A stretch of DNA of 64,000 bases from Hormiphora californensis (Eukaryota; Animalia; Ctenophora), in assembly GCA_020137815.1 (NCBI GenBank), contig CM035351.1:9486001-9550000 (forward strand), given 5' to 3'. A program made the position numbers and the translations under genes. Below, one piece after another: positions 63,015-64,000 of the stretch; position 1 is the stretch's first letter; each line of letters begins with the position of its first letter. The notes under the pieces are model-generated. The model had not been told where the DNA came from, did not search any database, and saw nothing but the letters and a program-made list of their open reading frames with translations.

Positions 63015-63588
63015 TCACACAGATACGTCATCTCTAATCTCCTGAGCTGTCTTGTACTCTGGTAAATCTGCACTTGATTTATCTTCCTAAAAACAGAGAA
63101 AGGATGATTAGTATTGTTACCTGGTCAATCGTCTAGATTATGATTTTAACAGAATCTTAGATCGAACTCAATAATGTGGAACACAGAATAAGCTGTGACC
63201 ATAACAACATACCAGCAGGAGATCAAGGTCTTCGACGGCCTTCCTTAGTCGGTTTCGGGCATCAGGTACCATAGCCTTGCTTTCATCAACAACCTCCCCC
63301 TGAAAATAAGATATACTGTTTCTCAATCCTCTCAAAACAACAACAGAAAAACAGGACATTAGGGTAGATCTCTAATATAGAGGAACAACAGGACATTAAC
63401 AGAGAGGAATTATATGATCTCTATATATCTCTCACCATTTTCTTGATATCATATGGATCCTTTCCCTCATCCTTCATTTGCTGAACCTTTAGCTCCCCAT
63501 CCACAACTTCCTTCTGATACATCTGGACCTCCTTGTTCAACCTCTTAACCACACCAGACTTGATTCTCAGCTGCTTTTTGGCGTCCAT
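63015..63588 (-). CDS. TBCA: Tubulin-specific chaperone A, 3 exons
   Basis: MDAKKQLRIKSGVVKRLNKEVQMYQKE...DPYDIKKM|GEVVDESKAMVPDARNRLRKAVEDL|EDKSSADLPEYKTAQEI. Confidence 0.95.
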
Positions 63589-64000
63589 AGCTAGATTCCT
63601 ACACAATACATAGGGATGTTTAGTGTGGGGAGGTGGGAGAGAAGGGCAGTGTAGACATGGAAACTAAAACTGAATAAAAAATTTCTGATAGTCAGCTGGT
63701 GAGGGCACGCCATATTTAACTAATCAGATTCACGATTATTATGTCATTGAATGTAAATATAAGTAGACACACGGCCTACTGCTGAAAGAGTAGTATTGCG
63801 GAACGAATTAAGAGGTTAAATAAATAGTTAAAACTAACAGATACATTCCTCAGTTTCACGCACTATCTCACACTCACTCGATCAAGATGAGCATCAGTCT
63901 CTATATCATAAAAATAACCATATTATCAGTTCTAGGACGACTCAATAATTTTAGGTTCAATCATCTGTCGAATGTTCAACTCGATCGTGTCGCCCTCCGA

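Overview
Gene-dense, intron-rich animal DNA. Short GT-AG introns, abundant (CT)n/(GA)n tracts, nested intronic genes and small inverted-repeat elements suggest a compact invertebrate genome; a ctenophore is my best guess but is not provable here. The assembly is error-prone: there are single-base frameshifts in conserved genes and homopolymer-smeared blocks, e.g. 10.2-11.9 kb. Left to right: TCTEX1D2 (-), a hairpin MITE, ERAL1 (+), SLMAP (+, FHA and coiled coil) with two nested antisense secreted-protein genes, a long coiled-coil gene region ending in a tail anchor (+) and carrying a 1.4-kb TTAA foldback element, a spliced GNAT acetyltransferase gene with a 24x16-aa tail (-), a poly-G-ended element with a 9-bp TSD, a class A bHLH gene (+), and a Sushi/CCP protein (-). 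The right end holds a tightly packed co-oriented run, in transcription order TBCA > SAND/AT-hook/C2H2 > BYSL > BTB-BACK > MMUT > SEPSECS > Rab GDI (all -). Most notable: (1) operon-like spacing with a splice acceptor just before each ATG, consistent with polycistronic transcription resolved by SL trans-splicing; (2) a bHLH whose E-box-reading Glu reads as Lys; (3) a GNAT gene that the ORF track largely misses; (4) a MITE with eight CSL/Su(H) consensus sites in a divergent promoter; (5) tandem-duplicated splice signals and microexons. Gene identities come from recognising motifs by eye; no database search was run.
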